Source: Octopus vulgaris
Taxonomy: Eukaryota
DNA length: 64,000 bases
Reading direction: 5' to 3'
Assembly (NCBI GenBank): GCA_951406725.2
Contig: OX597827.1
Location: forward strand, 23,436,001-23,500,000
Positions 1-12,674 of the stretch are shown piece by piece. Under the pieces are notes generated by a model, which worked only from the letters and a program-made list of their open reading frames with translations, did no database searches and was not told where the DNA came from. A program made the position numbers and the translations under genes. Each line of letters begins with the position of its first letter. The stretch's first letter is position 1.

Positions 1-370
1 ATCCATTCCCTCTACAAAGACTCCTACAAGCAACTGGGCTACTAGTTGTCACTCAAATTGCTGAAGTAGCAACCAAATCGCCCTCGAATCTCACCCTACC
101 AGCTTTTAAGAAAATTCAGAACATTGGACAATTGTATCATGAATACACTATTTAAACGACAATGGATGGTCACGACTGGAATATTTCATCATAAGTCTGT
201 TCGATCAGCACAACCCTAACCCTACAGAAAGAAGAATGGAAAGATCCATTTTAATCTGAATCTTCAAGACGAAAACTTTCAATAATCTCTTTAGTTTTGC
301 TTCGGTAGATTTTCTCTCTTATTTATTATTTCAATTTATTCTGTCCGTTCCATTATCTTTTTACTCTCCG

Positions 371-422
<52 letters not shown>

Positions 423-767
423 TCATTCATACACTCCCATACACACAAGCATATATAAATATATACCTATATACACACACGTACACACACACACACACAC
501 ACACACTCACACACATACATATACATGCACACGTACACGCACACACACGTACACACACACACATAGAGATGTATATTTTCTGTTATTTTCACTGTTTTCA
601 ACGAAATTTGAAACGATGATTTGGATATTTACTCTTAATACCTTCTTAGCAGATTGAAAAACGAAAAAGACGCTAGTCGCTGTTGTGTACGTCGCTGAAG
701 AATAGTTTCTCTCTTTTATGATGACAGTGTGTTCATAACACACTCGGCTTATTAGTACAAATGATTA

Positions 768-807
768 TTAGACACCAGTGTTTCGACATGTTCTGTCTCT
801 TCAGTCA
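768..807 (-). ncRNA. Minimal type I hammerhead ribozyme motif (weak stem I)
   Basis: Minus strand reads tga-CTGAAGA-GACA gaaca TGTC-GAAA-C ACTGGT G-TC^taa. The core is canonical, stem II has 4 bp, loop III is near-palindromic and the cleavage triplet is GUC. Stem I pairs only partly. Confidence 0.6.
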
Positions 808-1473
808 GAAGTACTTGGAACTTTAAGCCAAAGCTTTTTCATTCTCCTCTTTCCACTTTCCTTCCTCTGTTTTCCAGTTCTCTTCAAACCACCAGTGACG
901 TATACTCAACCTTTTGACACCATCACTACACCTCCCCGTCTGGTGTGTACTTGGTTCCAAAAGAGCATAGTATTGCCTACACTCATCGTTACACATACGA
1001 AGGTCTTTGTTCGTATGACCGACTTTATGTCGTTTTTAGACGTTACATGCGCACACAGATTTGTACGCGAACCTACATATGCACCTCTAAAACGAATACA
1101 GGCGTATCTGTGCCTCTCCACTCTACAAATGCTTATATGTAAATATATGTATATTCAGTGGGGGTATATTTACTATTATCTACAATGGTACTATATATAT
1201 TTTACTGTGTAGATTCGTCTTCACCCACACATGTGTATGCTTATGTATATATATACATATATTCATATTTGTTTACATTTATCTTTAAATATCCATAAAC
1301 CCTACTAACAGTAATGCACAGACTATTACGATTTTCCACACAACCAATCGGATCGATGGAATAGCTTTGATTGATGTTTGTGAAAACCAAAATGATTTTT
1401 CACAACTTTTATGATCATAACATAATATTAACAGAAATAAATTTTAAGTTACTGCTATAAATTTCACTTACAA

Positions 1474-1599
<126 letters not shown>

Positions 1600-2329
1600 G
1601 CGCGTGTGTCTCTGAGAAAGTGTGACAAGATTTTTAAAATCACGTTTATAATAGAGTGAAATCAATTTTAGTTATACGATTTGGTAGCGTCGTTAAATCG
1701 TCAGATAGTTTGTTTGTTGGTATTTATTCTGACTTTGTGCTTTCTGTTCAAATCTCGCCGTGTTCAGCTTTGCTTTCGATCCTTTCGGGGCCAATACAAA
1801 GTACCGACACAGAATACTTGCTTCGGTTTTTTTTGTTCTCAGCTAAAATCGTTCCGTGTTCTACATTTTTGATAGAATTCATTTGTCATTCACTTTAATT
1901 TCTTCACCTGACATCGTGGGAATCTTTAGTAGAGTCCACAGCACTGTTGCGATTTGACGATGATTTTTTTCCCCACTCAGTCTCACTTATCTCAGAGACC
2001 CTGAAAGTGTTATCGGCATGGCTTTCTTTCCAGTTTAAAACTTTAAAAAACGTTTTAAAAGGCTCTCTGTGCTAGTCTTCATTTTCCCGGCGATGGTTTC
2101 TGTTCTTGTAAATTTATTGAGAATGCAATGGAAAATAATGACACGTTTATGTATACAGGCACGAAAGAAAAAAAACTACTTAATAATGGAATGAAGTTAA
2201 ATAATTTGTAATAACTTAAACCTCAAAATTACAACTTAAAATGTCTACTTTCGATTCATCGGATTAGATTATGAGCTAGGAATAATCGGTTTTGCTTTCA
2301 CAGAAATATTTGAACAAGAATCCCTCGAT

Positions 2330-2365
<36 letters not shown>

Positions 2366-2735
2366 CTATTCACATGTACGTGTGTGGTGGTGGTAGGGGC
2401 GTGTTTGTCTGTGCCAAGCGTCTACAGTGCATTATGGGTTAAGAAAAACTGCATTGCTTCCCTCGATGTCAGGAAAGGCTTAAAAGACGCAGTGAAAGTT
2501 TGCGAAATTATTGGATTATACATTTTAATCCGCAATGATTTATATTTATATACAATATTTCCGGATGTAAAAGAAGGGATTATTACAGAGACGATGGTTC
2601 ATTAATTCTTAGAAATAAAATAAAAAACAAGACTTATAAATATTCAATCTCACTTTCAGATAAATATGAAACTTATCTATATATTTGCATATACACTCCA
2701 CACATATAACGTGCATAAATGCATATATATATATG

Positions 2736-2791
<56 letters not shown>

Positions 2792-2816
2792 GTATGTATG
2801 TATGGATGTATCTATG

Positions 2817-2857
<41 letters not shown>

Positions 2858-3876
2858 TATATATACATATATATATATATACATTTATATATATATATAC
2901 ATATATATATACATGTGCGTGTATGTATGTGTTCATATGTATGTATACATAGATGTGTTTTTCTGTGTGTATGCATGCATATATGCATATATATCAATGT
3001 ATCAATGTATGTATATGTGTATATGTGTGTATGTATGTGCGCGTGTGGTCTGCATAAATAATCCCCGTGACTTCGTTTGCATCCGATGATGTGGACTAGT
3101 TCTTCTTACGGGGAAAATACTTTCGATATTCATAGAGTTGAATTGGTCCTGTGCAAGACCTTTACTTGCACCATTTAAAAAAACTTCTGGCACAGGCATT
3201 GTTGGAATCTTAACATCTCTTTTATTGTTGCATATTATGGCGGGTCGTAACCGAGAAAGAAAAATTCCATGGTGGAATGGCGGAATGGTAAGCTTTGTGA
3301 ACATCTTTGTGAACATCGTTACCACATCTGTGCAAAAGAGTGAGGATTCCTTAGTTGGAATGGAAAACCATATCTGTGCTGTACATCTTTAAGAAGAGTC
3401 AAGCGATTGCATGACTCGAAGTCAAATTGCAACCTTAAAGTATGTATGTATGTATGTATGTATGTATGTATGTATGTATGTATGTATGTATGTATATGTC
3501 TATGTATGTATGCGTGTGTGAGAGCATGTGTATATGTGTTAGCCTATGTGTGTTAGGGAATATCCGAGTGTGTATGTGAGTTATTTGTATAGAGTTGTGT
3601 AAATGTACCTGCATGGGATAGAGGTAATTGTGCACGTGTGTGTATACATGTATGTGTGTGTGTGTCAGTGTGTATGTGTGTATTTCTGCATTCATGTATG
3701 TATGTATGTGTGTAGATATCTATGTGCGTATATAGGTATGCATATATATATGTGTGTGTATGTATGTATATATATATATATATATTTGTATATGTGCGTG
3801 TCTACATATTTGTTTATTTGCACATGCATGTACATACGTATATCTATATATACGTGTGTGTGTGTGCGTGCATATA

Positions 3877-5508
3877 CTGTTGCGGCCAAAATGTTCAGAA
3901 CGGCATTGTTTTTGTCAGAAAAGTAGGTATAAGTTTTTTATCAAAGTTGTTTTATATTCTATAATTTTCACAGTCAATAAATACGATATTAATTGTTATT
4001 GTCTGAGATTTTGGTGTAACTTGAGAGGATAATACAAAAGTTATGGATGATTTAGTGATTTACTGCAAAACCCATGGCGGCCAAAATGATCAGAACGGTT
4101 GCTTTTACTCCGTGTTTTAGTATATTTAACCGGTGAACTCTAATGTTTTGAATTTGTTTACCTGACGGTTCGTTTACTAAACATTAGTAAGAATATCTGC
4201 AGTGTACTTTGTTAATATAATGCCACTTACTCCGTTACCAATTCGTCAGCAGATTATTAAGCTTCGAAAGAAGGATAATTTAAGTATTGGGTCTATTGCA
4301 AAGATTGTTAGCAAGTCAAAAAGTGTTGTTTACGGTATTCTTAAGGTCTACGATGATTGTGGTTCGTGTGAAGCAAGAAAGTCTACAGGTAGGCCAAGAA
4401 AAACGACCAAGAGAGAAGATCGTGCTATGGTAAAGTTGGTTAAAAAGGACAGATTTAAAACTGCTGTTGCTGTTTCTCGGGAAATGAGCATTGTACTGAA
4501 GAAAACTTTATTTCGAAAAACTGTGTCTCGTCGTTTAGTTGAACATGACCTACAAGCAAGAGCACCTGCAGTGAAGCCACTGATCAGCTCCAAGAATAAA
4601 AAGTGTCGTCTTACCTTTGCAACCGAACATGTGTTGTGGTCTCAAGAAAAATGGCAAACAGTGCATTTCAGTGATGAATCTAAGTTTATGTTATTTGGCT
4701 CAGATGGGAAAAGGTACGTTCGTAGAAAAGTAGGTGAAAAATTGTCGCCTAAATGCCTTAAGACTAGTGTTAAATTCAGTGGAGGAAGTGTCAGGGTTTG
4801 GGGGATGATATCTGGAGGTGGTGTGGGCCCTTTAATGCGATTACATGGAAAGGTAAATGCAGGAGTTTATAAACAACTTGTAAAAGATCATGTCTTGCCT
4901 GTGCTGAGAAATTCAACTAAGCGATCACCCATATTCATGCAGGACAATGCCCCATGTCACAAGGCTAAGGTGGTCATGAACTTTCTCAAGGCTGAAAAGA
5001 TTATTGTTATGGATTGGCCTGCTCAAAGCCCAGATCTCAATCCTATTGAAAATGTGTGGAATATTCTAGGAGAATGTTCGAAAGCCAGAAATCCTAAAAG
5101 AACCGAGCAATTATGGAATGCCCTTCGGGAAGAATAGAATAAGATTACCCAGCAAGAAATTGAAAATTTAATTTCCTCATGCAGTCGAAGATGTCAAAGT
5201 GTGATTGAAGCTAAAGGGCTTTACACTAAATATTAAATAATTCCAGTATTCCCTGTCATTTTTGATTATTTTGTTATTTTTTTCAACCGTTCTGATCATT
5301 TTGACCGCCATGGGTTTTGCTGTAAATCACTAAATCATCCATAACTTTTGTATTATCCTCTCAAATTACACCAAAATCTCAAAAAAATAATAATTAATAT
5401 CGTATTTATTGTCTGTGAAAATTATAGAATATAAAACAACTTTGATAAAAACTTATATCTACTTTTCTGACGAAAACAATGCCGTTCTGAACATTTTGGC
5501 CGCAACTG
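3877..5508 (+). mobile_element. Tc1-family DNA transposon, full length (1632 bp), IR/DR type
   Basis: TA on both sides (3875-76, 5509-10). Terminal inverted repeats of about 225 bp (3877-4101 / 5284-5508), each with outer and inner direct repeats GCGGCCAAAATG(T/A)TCAGAACGG. Internal transposase ORF. Confidence 0.97.
4220..5236 (+). pseudogene. Tc1 DD34E transposase with a single premature TAG (5135-5137)
   Basis: ATG at 4220. Motifs GRPRKT, HFSDESKF, FMQDNAPCH and WPAQSPDLNPIEN, with 34 residues between the second D and E. The frame continues past the TAG (NKITQQEIENLISSCSRRCQSVIEAKGLYTKY) to TAA at 5234-5236. Confidence 0.93.
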
Positions 5509-6417
5509 TACGTATGTATATAAATATATACATATACACCCACACATTACATACTTATACATCCATCCATCCATCCATACATACATACATACATGCATGC
5601 ATATGTTTGCATGTGTACATATATATACACACGTATATATATATGTGTGTGTATGTATATATATGTATATACATATCATATATATATATATACACATGCA
5701 TTCGTGCATATACACAACATACATATACATGCATTTAGCTGTAGTGATGTATATTTGTACTTTTCTTCCGGTGTATATAAATGTGCACATGTATGTGTGT
5801 TTGTGTCATATAAATGTCTCAGTTCTTGTTGCATATATATGTGTGTGCGCGTGCTTACGTATGTCTTGAATAAATTTGCATACGGTCACGTGACCTAATT
5901 TCTTATGTTTTCAACCCGTTGAATAATACTTAAACAAGAGTCGAAATTCTAATTAAGCGACTATTCTTTGGTTTCGACGCATTGCGTGTCAGAAAGCGGC
6001 CCCCTAAATGGCTAGATTGTGGTTTCGTGTCCCAGCTGTAACCCCCGCCATAACGGGGTGTGTTATAATTGTATCAAACAGCATGGCGTTAGCTTATCAA
6101 ATTTGTAAGCGACATAATGAAGACATCAACATACAACATCACCGTAGAGGACTTTAAAGACGCATCCGCGTGAATAGTGATGTGATTCCCTACACACACA
6201 CACTCTCTCTCTCTCTCACCCTCTCTCTCTCCTCTCTATAGAGACACGTACATATATTTATGTATTTTATATGTGAAGTATTACAAGTAATTATATATAT
6301 ATATATATATACATATATACACACACAAACATATGTGTAAATGTATATATAGCTACATGTATGTATATGTGTGTAATTATATATATATATGTTTGTATGT
6401 GTGTGCGTGTGTGTATG

Positions 6418-6467
<50 letters not shown>

Positions 6468-7335
6468 TTTACATACATATATATATATATACATATACAT
6501 ACATACACACACATATACAAACATGCACACACACATACACATACACACACATACACATACACACACACACATATATAATATACGTGTGTGCGTATGCATG
6601 TATATAAGTACGTATAAGCGCGCGCGCGTGTATATATATATATATGAAATTCAGTTTGTATATTTCTTTCTTTATCCCTTAATCCATCACAGCAATTGTA
6701 TCCAGATTTCAACACCACCTTCAGCGGTCCTTTTTCCCACGTAATCAGTGTCGTGACTACACAATAAAACAGCGGCCATCTTTTGTCGTGATTACCAATG
6801 TTAGCCAAGTGGATCGGAGAGTAAGTGGCGGCTATTCTGCACTTATAACGCTTTACTGATTGTTGGTGCCAGACAGCAGAGTCTCGATCGTCTCTGATAT
6901 TCATGGCAGATTCATTGCATAAGTTCTCTAAACTTTGTGACAGGCAATTACATAATTATATCTTTAAATGCTATATTCTTGGTTTGTGCAATTTGTTTTT
7001 TTCTTTTTCCTTTTCTTTTCAATATAAATTCTTGACATGAAAGTGTGAAGTACGACGTTTTGGCTTCTGACAGTAACTCTTGTTCTTGTTCGTTCTTTTT
7101 GCACGCCATAATAGTGAGTTTATAATAATTTTTTCCAGTGTCTTGCACTCCTACACACTCAGCAACAACAACAACAACAACACACACACGCATACACACA
7201 TATACACATACACACAAACGCACACATACATTACTGATGTCATACGAATCAACAAACTTCGAGAGATCGTGAAATGATTCTTTTTTCGTTTTCTTTTGAA
7301 TGGTGGCTCTGGAAGCAGATGAAGCTATAAATGAC

Positions 7336-7552
7336 GGTTTCAAATTTTGGCACAAGACCAGCACCTTGAGGGGAAGGGGTGAGTCGATTACGTCGACCCC
7401 TGTACACAACTGGTACTACTAATTTCATTCACTCCGAAAGGAAGAAAGGCAAGTTCGTCCTCGGTGGAATTCGAACTCAGAATGTAAAAACGGACGAAAT
7501 GCCGCAAAGCATTTTGCCCGGAGTGCTAAGGAGTCTGTCAACTCGTCGCCTT
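7336..7552 (-). mobile_element. tRNA-derived SINE, family B (GGCGGCGAGCTGGCAGAAACGTTAGC... head)
   Basis: Reverse complement matches the recurring consensus with B-box-like GAGTTCAAATTCC and core GTCGACTTTGCCTTTCATCCTTTCGGGGTCGATAAA. Confidence 0.85.
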
Positions 7553-8027
7553 ATATGAAGCTTGAAATCACAGCGTGCAAACATTGGGTTAAAAAACACC
7601 TTGGACAGAAAATGTTCAAGTCTGCCTGTGGGAATTGAACCCATATCTCCTGTAACTATGATGGACGTTTTACCAATGGCCCTATGCAATCCTTTGGTCC
7701 TAGACGAGATGTGAACACGAGTCCCGTAGGCAGCCTTCAAGTTTTTCTATCCAAGGAATTTTTAACCCAGTATTTGCATGCTATTATTCATAGCTTCATC
7801 AGCTTCAAGATTCACCATTCCAATATGTATACTTTTTTTGCTGGTTTCAGTTCGAGATCTGCGGCCATGCTAGGGCACTACTGATAGTTTCGCTACATTT
7901 TTCTTACTTGAAACCTTTTATATGTGGCATTTGCGGAATGAGGGAGTTTGATGTCGCTGACCTCATTTGCATTTTCACTGTGCGTGTGTGTGTATGGTTG
8001 TGCGTGTGTGTATATGGTTGTGCGCGT

Positions 8028-8078
<51 letters not shown>

Positions 8079-8132
8079 CATACATACATATATATATTTA
8101 TATATTATATTCATACATACACACACACACAT

Positions 8133-8547
8133 AGGTGTGGCTGTGTGGTAAGTAGCTTGCTTACTAACCACATGTTTCCGAGTTCAGTCCTACCGTGTGG
8201 CACCTTGGGTAAGTGTCTTCTACTATAGCCTCGGCCTGACCAAGGCCTTGTAAGTGGATTTGGTAGACGGAAACAGAAAGAATCCTGTCGTATATATATA
8301 TATATATATATATATACTGTATATATATATATATTTGTGTATCTGTGTGTGTCCCCATCCCATCGCTTGACAACAGATGTTGGTGTGTTTACGTTCCCCG
8401 TAACTTAGCGGTTCGGCAAAAAGAAACCGATAGAATAAGAACTAGGCTTACAAAGAATAAGTCCTGGGGTCGATTTGTTCGATTGAAGGCGCTGCTCCAG
8501 CATGACCGCAGTCAAAATGACTGAAACAAGTAAAAGAATGAAAGAAT
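8133..8547 (+). mobile_element. tRNA-derived SINE, family A, with internal (TA)n/(TG)n microsatellite
   Basis: Head GGTGTGGCTGTGTGGTAAG...AGTTCAGTCC, central TCGTATATATA tract and 3' part ending GACTGAAACAAGTAAAAGA. Related copies at 10098, 10940, 15221, 34405 and 50935. Confidence 0.88.
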
Positions 8548-8564
8548 ATCTATCTATCTGTCTG

Positions 8565-8617
<53 letters not shown>

Positions 8618-8980
8618 ATATATATATATTATTTATTTATTTATAATACCACAACACACACAAACAAACACATGTGTATAGATACACACGCACACACATA
8701 TATTCTACAAATCAGCTGAACATCACAATCCCAACCAGCGACACCACCACCAACAACAACAACACAGTCGACAGTTAAGCTAAAGCCATTAACAATCCAC
8801 TTCATCAGTCAAAAGTACAATGGCGACTGTAAAGAGTTGAAATTAATCTTCATTCATCGGATAATTGTATGACTGGAGGTGGAAGGAGGAGGAGGAGGTG
8901 GAGAGAGTAAAGAAGGAGAAGAAGGTGGGGCTGTTCGGTCGTTTTCAATATTTCGCTTTTCCCATTAGCACTGCTGCTGC

Positions 8981-9012
<32 letters not shown>

Positions 9013-9450
9013 GTGGTGATTGTTGTAGTGGTAGTGCTGGTACGTGTTACTGCAACGGTGTAGTACGGTGCTGGTAGTCTTAGTAATCGTAGTAGTGATA
9101 GTTGTGATGGTAATGGCAGTAGTGGTGGAGAAGGAAGTGTTGGTGGTGGTGGTGGTAAATGTGAAGTAGGAGGAGGGGGTTGTGGTGGTGGTGATGGTGG
9201 TAATAGTGATTGTGGAGAAGAAGGAGGTGTTGATGGGGGTGGTAGGGATGGCGGTGGTGGTAAAGGTGAAGTAGGAGGAGGGGGTTGTGGTGATGCTGGT
9301 GGTGGTTGTGTTAGTATTGTTGTTGAAGTTGTTTAGCACCAGGTCGTTTTATAAAACAGTAATATTTTTATTTGATAGAGATTTGGCTACTATTTCTAGC
9401 AAGTCGAACGGCCTTGTGATTGTTCTTGTCGTTGGGTTTTATGATGCAAT

Positions 9451-9651
9451 AAGGGCAACGAGCTGGCAGAATGGTTAGCACATCGGGCGAAATGCTGAGC
9501 GGTATTTCGTCTGCTGTTACGTTCTGAGTTCAAATTCCGCCGACGTCAACTTTGCCATTCATCCTTTCGGGGTCAATAAAACAAGTACCAGTTGAATACT
9601 GGGATCGATGCAATAGATTATCCCCCTCCTCCATATTTCAAGCCTTGTTCC
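9451..9651 (+). mobile_element. SINE family B copy
   Basis: Matches the family B head, core and tail. Confidence 0.85.
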
Positions 9652-9667
9652 CCCTTCTTTCATAACA

Positions 9668-9946
9668 CAAGTCATGAGACCCCTTCGGTCAGGCACAAGT
9701 CCGGGCAAGGTGGTTTATGGAAGACCAGCAGTCACCCATGCATACTAACCTCCCCTCTCCATGCCATCGATGTTATCCAGGTTAAAGGTAAAAGGGCCGA
9801 TACAGCTTGGCACCTGTGACGTCGCAACTCATTTTTTCTGATGAGTGAACTGGAGCAACGTGAAATAAAGTGTCCTGCTCAAGAACACAACACGCAGCCC
9901 GATCTGCAATTCGAACTCACAACCTCACGATCTAACCACTGAGCCA
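9668..9946 (-). mobile_element. tRNA-derived SINE, family C (CTTGAGCAAGACACTTTATTTCACGTTGCTCCAG core)
   Basis: Reverse complement is similar to the + copy at 30758-31095, with A-box-like TGGCTCAGTGG and B-box-like GAGTTCGAATT. Confidence 0.8.
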
Positions 9947-9950
9947 TACA

Positions 9951-10097
<147 letters not shown>

Positions 10098-10464
10098 GAG
10101 TGGCTGTGTGGTAAGTAGCTTGCTAACCAACCACACGGTTGCGGGTTCAGTCCCACTGCGTGGCATCTTGGGCAAGTGTCTTCTGCTATAGCCCCGGGCC
10201 GACCAATGCCTTGTGAGTGGATTTGGTAGACGGAAACTGAAAGAAGCCTGTCGTATATATGTATATATATGTATATGTGTGTGTGTTTGTGTGTCTGTGT
10301 TTGTCCCCCTAGCATTGCTTGACAACCGATGCTGGTGTGTTTACGTCCCCGTCACTTATCGGTTCGGCAAAAAGAGACCGATAGAATAAGTACTAAAAGG
10401 TGGTGCTCCAGCATGGCCGCAGTCAGATGACTGAAACAAGTAAAAGAGTAAAAAAGAGTAAGAG
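10098..10464 (+). mobile_element. SINE family A copy
   Basis: Same head, internal microsatellite and tail as 8133-8547. Confidence 0.88.
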
Positions 10465-10765
10465 TATATATATGTTTACGTACATATATACACGCGCGCG
10501 CACGCACACACATATATGCGTAAATGTAGACCGATGAAATATGTGCTCAACATCGCATTGGTGGATATATAATTTCTTTATTTGTGAATAAAGGCTACCA
10601 TTGGTTTCATGTTAAGAAGACCAGGAAAACATCCTATTGTCTTAACAGTTGTTAAGACACTAGGATAGTTTCCTGGTAGCTTCAATTAACAAATAAAGAA
10701 TATGTATATATATATACATATATATATATATATAATATATATATACATGTATATATATATGTATG

Positions 10766-10818
<53 letters not shown>

Positions 10819-10882
10819 TTTCTTTCATAATGAGATAAAAAAACCAAGGCTGTATAGATTTTAGAACATTTATAAATAGAAG

Positions 10883-10927
10883 GTCTTACAGCTGTTTCTA
10901 GGATATTTATATCCCATCACCGGAGAC
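10883..10927 (-). ncRNA. Hammerhead-like motif with variant core (CCGGUGA)
   Basis: Minus strand reads GTCT-CCGGTGA-TGGGATA taaa TATCCTA-GAAA-C AGCT G-TA^AGAC. All three stems form and loop III is palindromic. The core has U4C and A6G changes. Confidence 0.65.
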
Positions 10928-10939
10928 GGTGTGAGAAAA

Positions 10940-11084
10940 ACTTTTGCCGAATGAATCGACCTCTGTACTTAATTTTTTAAAGCCTGTTCTCTTTTGTTGA
11001 ACCGCTAAATTACGGGGACTTATACGCAACAACACCGGTTGTCAAAGACTAACGCACAAACACACACGCACACACACACATACA

Positions 11085-11131
<47 letters not shown>

Positions 11132-11303
11132 GTACATACGTTGGGCTTCTTTCAGTTTCTGTCTACCAAATCCACTCACAAATCCTTGGTCGGTCCACGG
11201 CTATAGCTGAAAGAAGACACTTGCTCAAAGTGCCATGCAGTGGGACTGGACCTGGAGCTATGTGGTTGAGAAACACACTTCTTACCACACAGTCGCACCT
11301 GTG
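10940..11303 (-). mobile_element. SINE family A copy (degenerate)
   Basis: Reverse complement of the family A head (11140-11303) and 3' half. Confidence 0.8.
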
Positions 11304-11823
11304 CGTATATATATAATCAAGTTTTTAAAAAAATTCAAGAAACCTATCATCAAATAGAAACTCAGATCGTTAAAAATGCCCTTTCTGTTATTTATTCTTT
11401 CATTGAGGAAATTTTATTGAACCTTATACGGAGGTCGCTGTTTCGATACACACCGTGTCTTGTTGAGGTTGGCGGGGCATAAAATGTATACAAAATTTGG
11501 AAACCTGTGTGAAAAATAGTTTTCAAAAAATGAACTGAACGTAAAAATTGGAATTTTTGGTGTGGGTAAGGGCGGGGAACAAGGCATCAAATTAGACAAG
11601 AAGATCCTTGATTGAAAACTATTGTTAATATCGGAAGGAAAAGTTAACGGGGTTTGGTGAGGAAAAAAGAATTTCAGAACAACTTAAACACACGACAAAG
11701 AAGTTTATTCGAATCAAAGATTATACAGACACACAGTCACACATCGTATATACACACATGAACGCACGCACGCAAACGGACAGACACGTGTGCGCGCAGA
11801 CACGTACGCTCACACGCACAAAT

Positions 11824-11876
<53 letters not shown>

Positions 11877-11877
11877 G

Positions 11878-12527
11878 CATAAATATTAGAGAGTGACCAC
11901 TATGTGGTTCACTCTAGTGCTAAAAATAGCTCCGCCAATGGTATAACCACTAAAAGCTGTTTCCAAGAAGAAATACCACTACATTCAACGTGAGGTAAGT
12001 GAAACACAACGAAAGAATAGATTAACCCTGAACAATTGTTTCTTTATTAATGTAATATGCAATTTTACTTACACAACATCCATAAATCTTCAGCAGAGGT
12101 TTGTCTTAAATACAATTTATTAAGTCGCAGCGAGCGTCAAATACACGTGCAGTTTAATCGATTGTATTCGTAGTTATGATTCAAATTTCCCCGCCAAAAG
12201 AGCGATAAGACTTACTGGAAACGAGTACTGCATCAAATATTTACTGCAGTATAATTAAATTTATAAATGAGGGTGAAAAATTTGATATTAATTTAATAAT
12301 ACCATCAATTTAACACCAAGTGGCTTAGCACATAAAAACCAAGGGAAAAATACAAATTTATACATAAATATTAGAGAGTGACCACTATGTGGTTCACTTC
12401 TAGTGCTAAAAATAGCTCCGCCAATGGTATAGCTACTAAAAGCTATTTCCAAGAAGAAATACCACTACATTCAACGTGAGGTAAGTGAAACACAACGAAA
12501 AAATAGATTAACCCTGAACAATTGTTT
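11878..12527 (-). repeat. Partial tandem duplication with 486-bp period (two ~165-bp direct repeats) containing a hammerhead motif
   Basis: 11878-12041 is repeated at 12363-12527. Equivalent positions 12030 and 12516 are 486 bp apart. Confidence 0.9.
12026..12098 (-). ncRNA. Type I hammerhead ribozyme motif, long stem II
   Basis: Minus strand reads CTCTG-CTGAAGA-TTTATggATGT...ACATtaATAAA-GAAA-C AATT G-TT^CAGGG. Stem I has 5 bp, loop III is palindromic AAUU, and the triplet is GUU. Confidence 0.8.
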
Positions 12528-12587
12528 TTTCCCAAACTTCTCAAACCTGCTATAATGTAATACATGTCTTTGGTGTGGTAATTGTGC

Positions 12588-12674
12588 GCGGCTGAAGAAG
12601 GCTATTGACATACATGTTACATCAATTATGCATTGATATAAACTGTCCAATAAAGCCAGAAACATATGTACCGC
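12588..12674 (+). ncRNA. Type I hammerhead ribozyme motif, long stem II
   Basis: Reads GCGG-CTGAAGA-aGGCTATTGACA...ATCAAT tatgc ATTGAT...TGTcCAATAaaGCCa-GAAA-C ATAT G-TA^CCGC. Canonical core, 4-bp GC stem I and palindromic AUAU loop. Confidence 0.85.

Noticed and set aside
3060-3430. Possible RLE-LINE relic (LRPAIICNNKRD... on minus strand)
   Set aside because: Only a vague resemblance to the RPD motif. Needs a profile search.
5966-5996. Minus-strand CTTT-CTGA-cACGCaatGCGTc-GAAA-cc-AAAG hammerhead look-alike
   Set aside because: It lacks G8/A9 and the UH cleavage site. At best a heavily deleted relic.
8965-9339. Thr/His-rich mucin-like ORF
   Set aside because: A (GGT)n-derived low-complexity tract with a local duplication and no splice or domain support.
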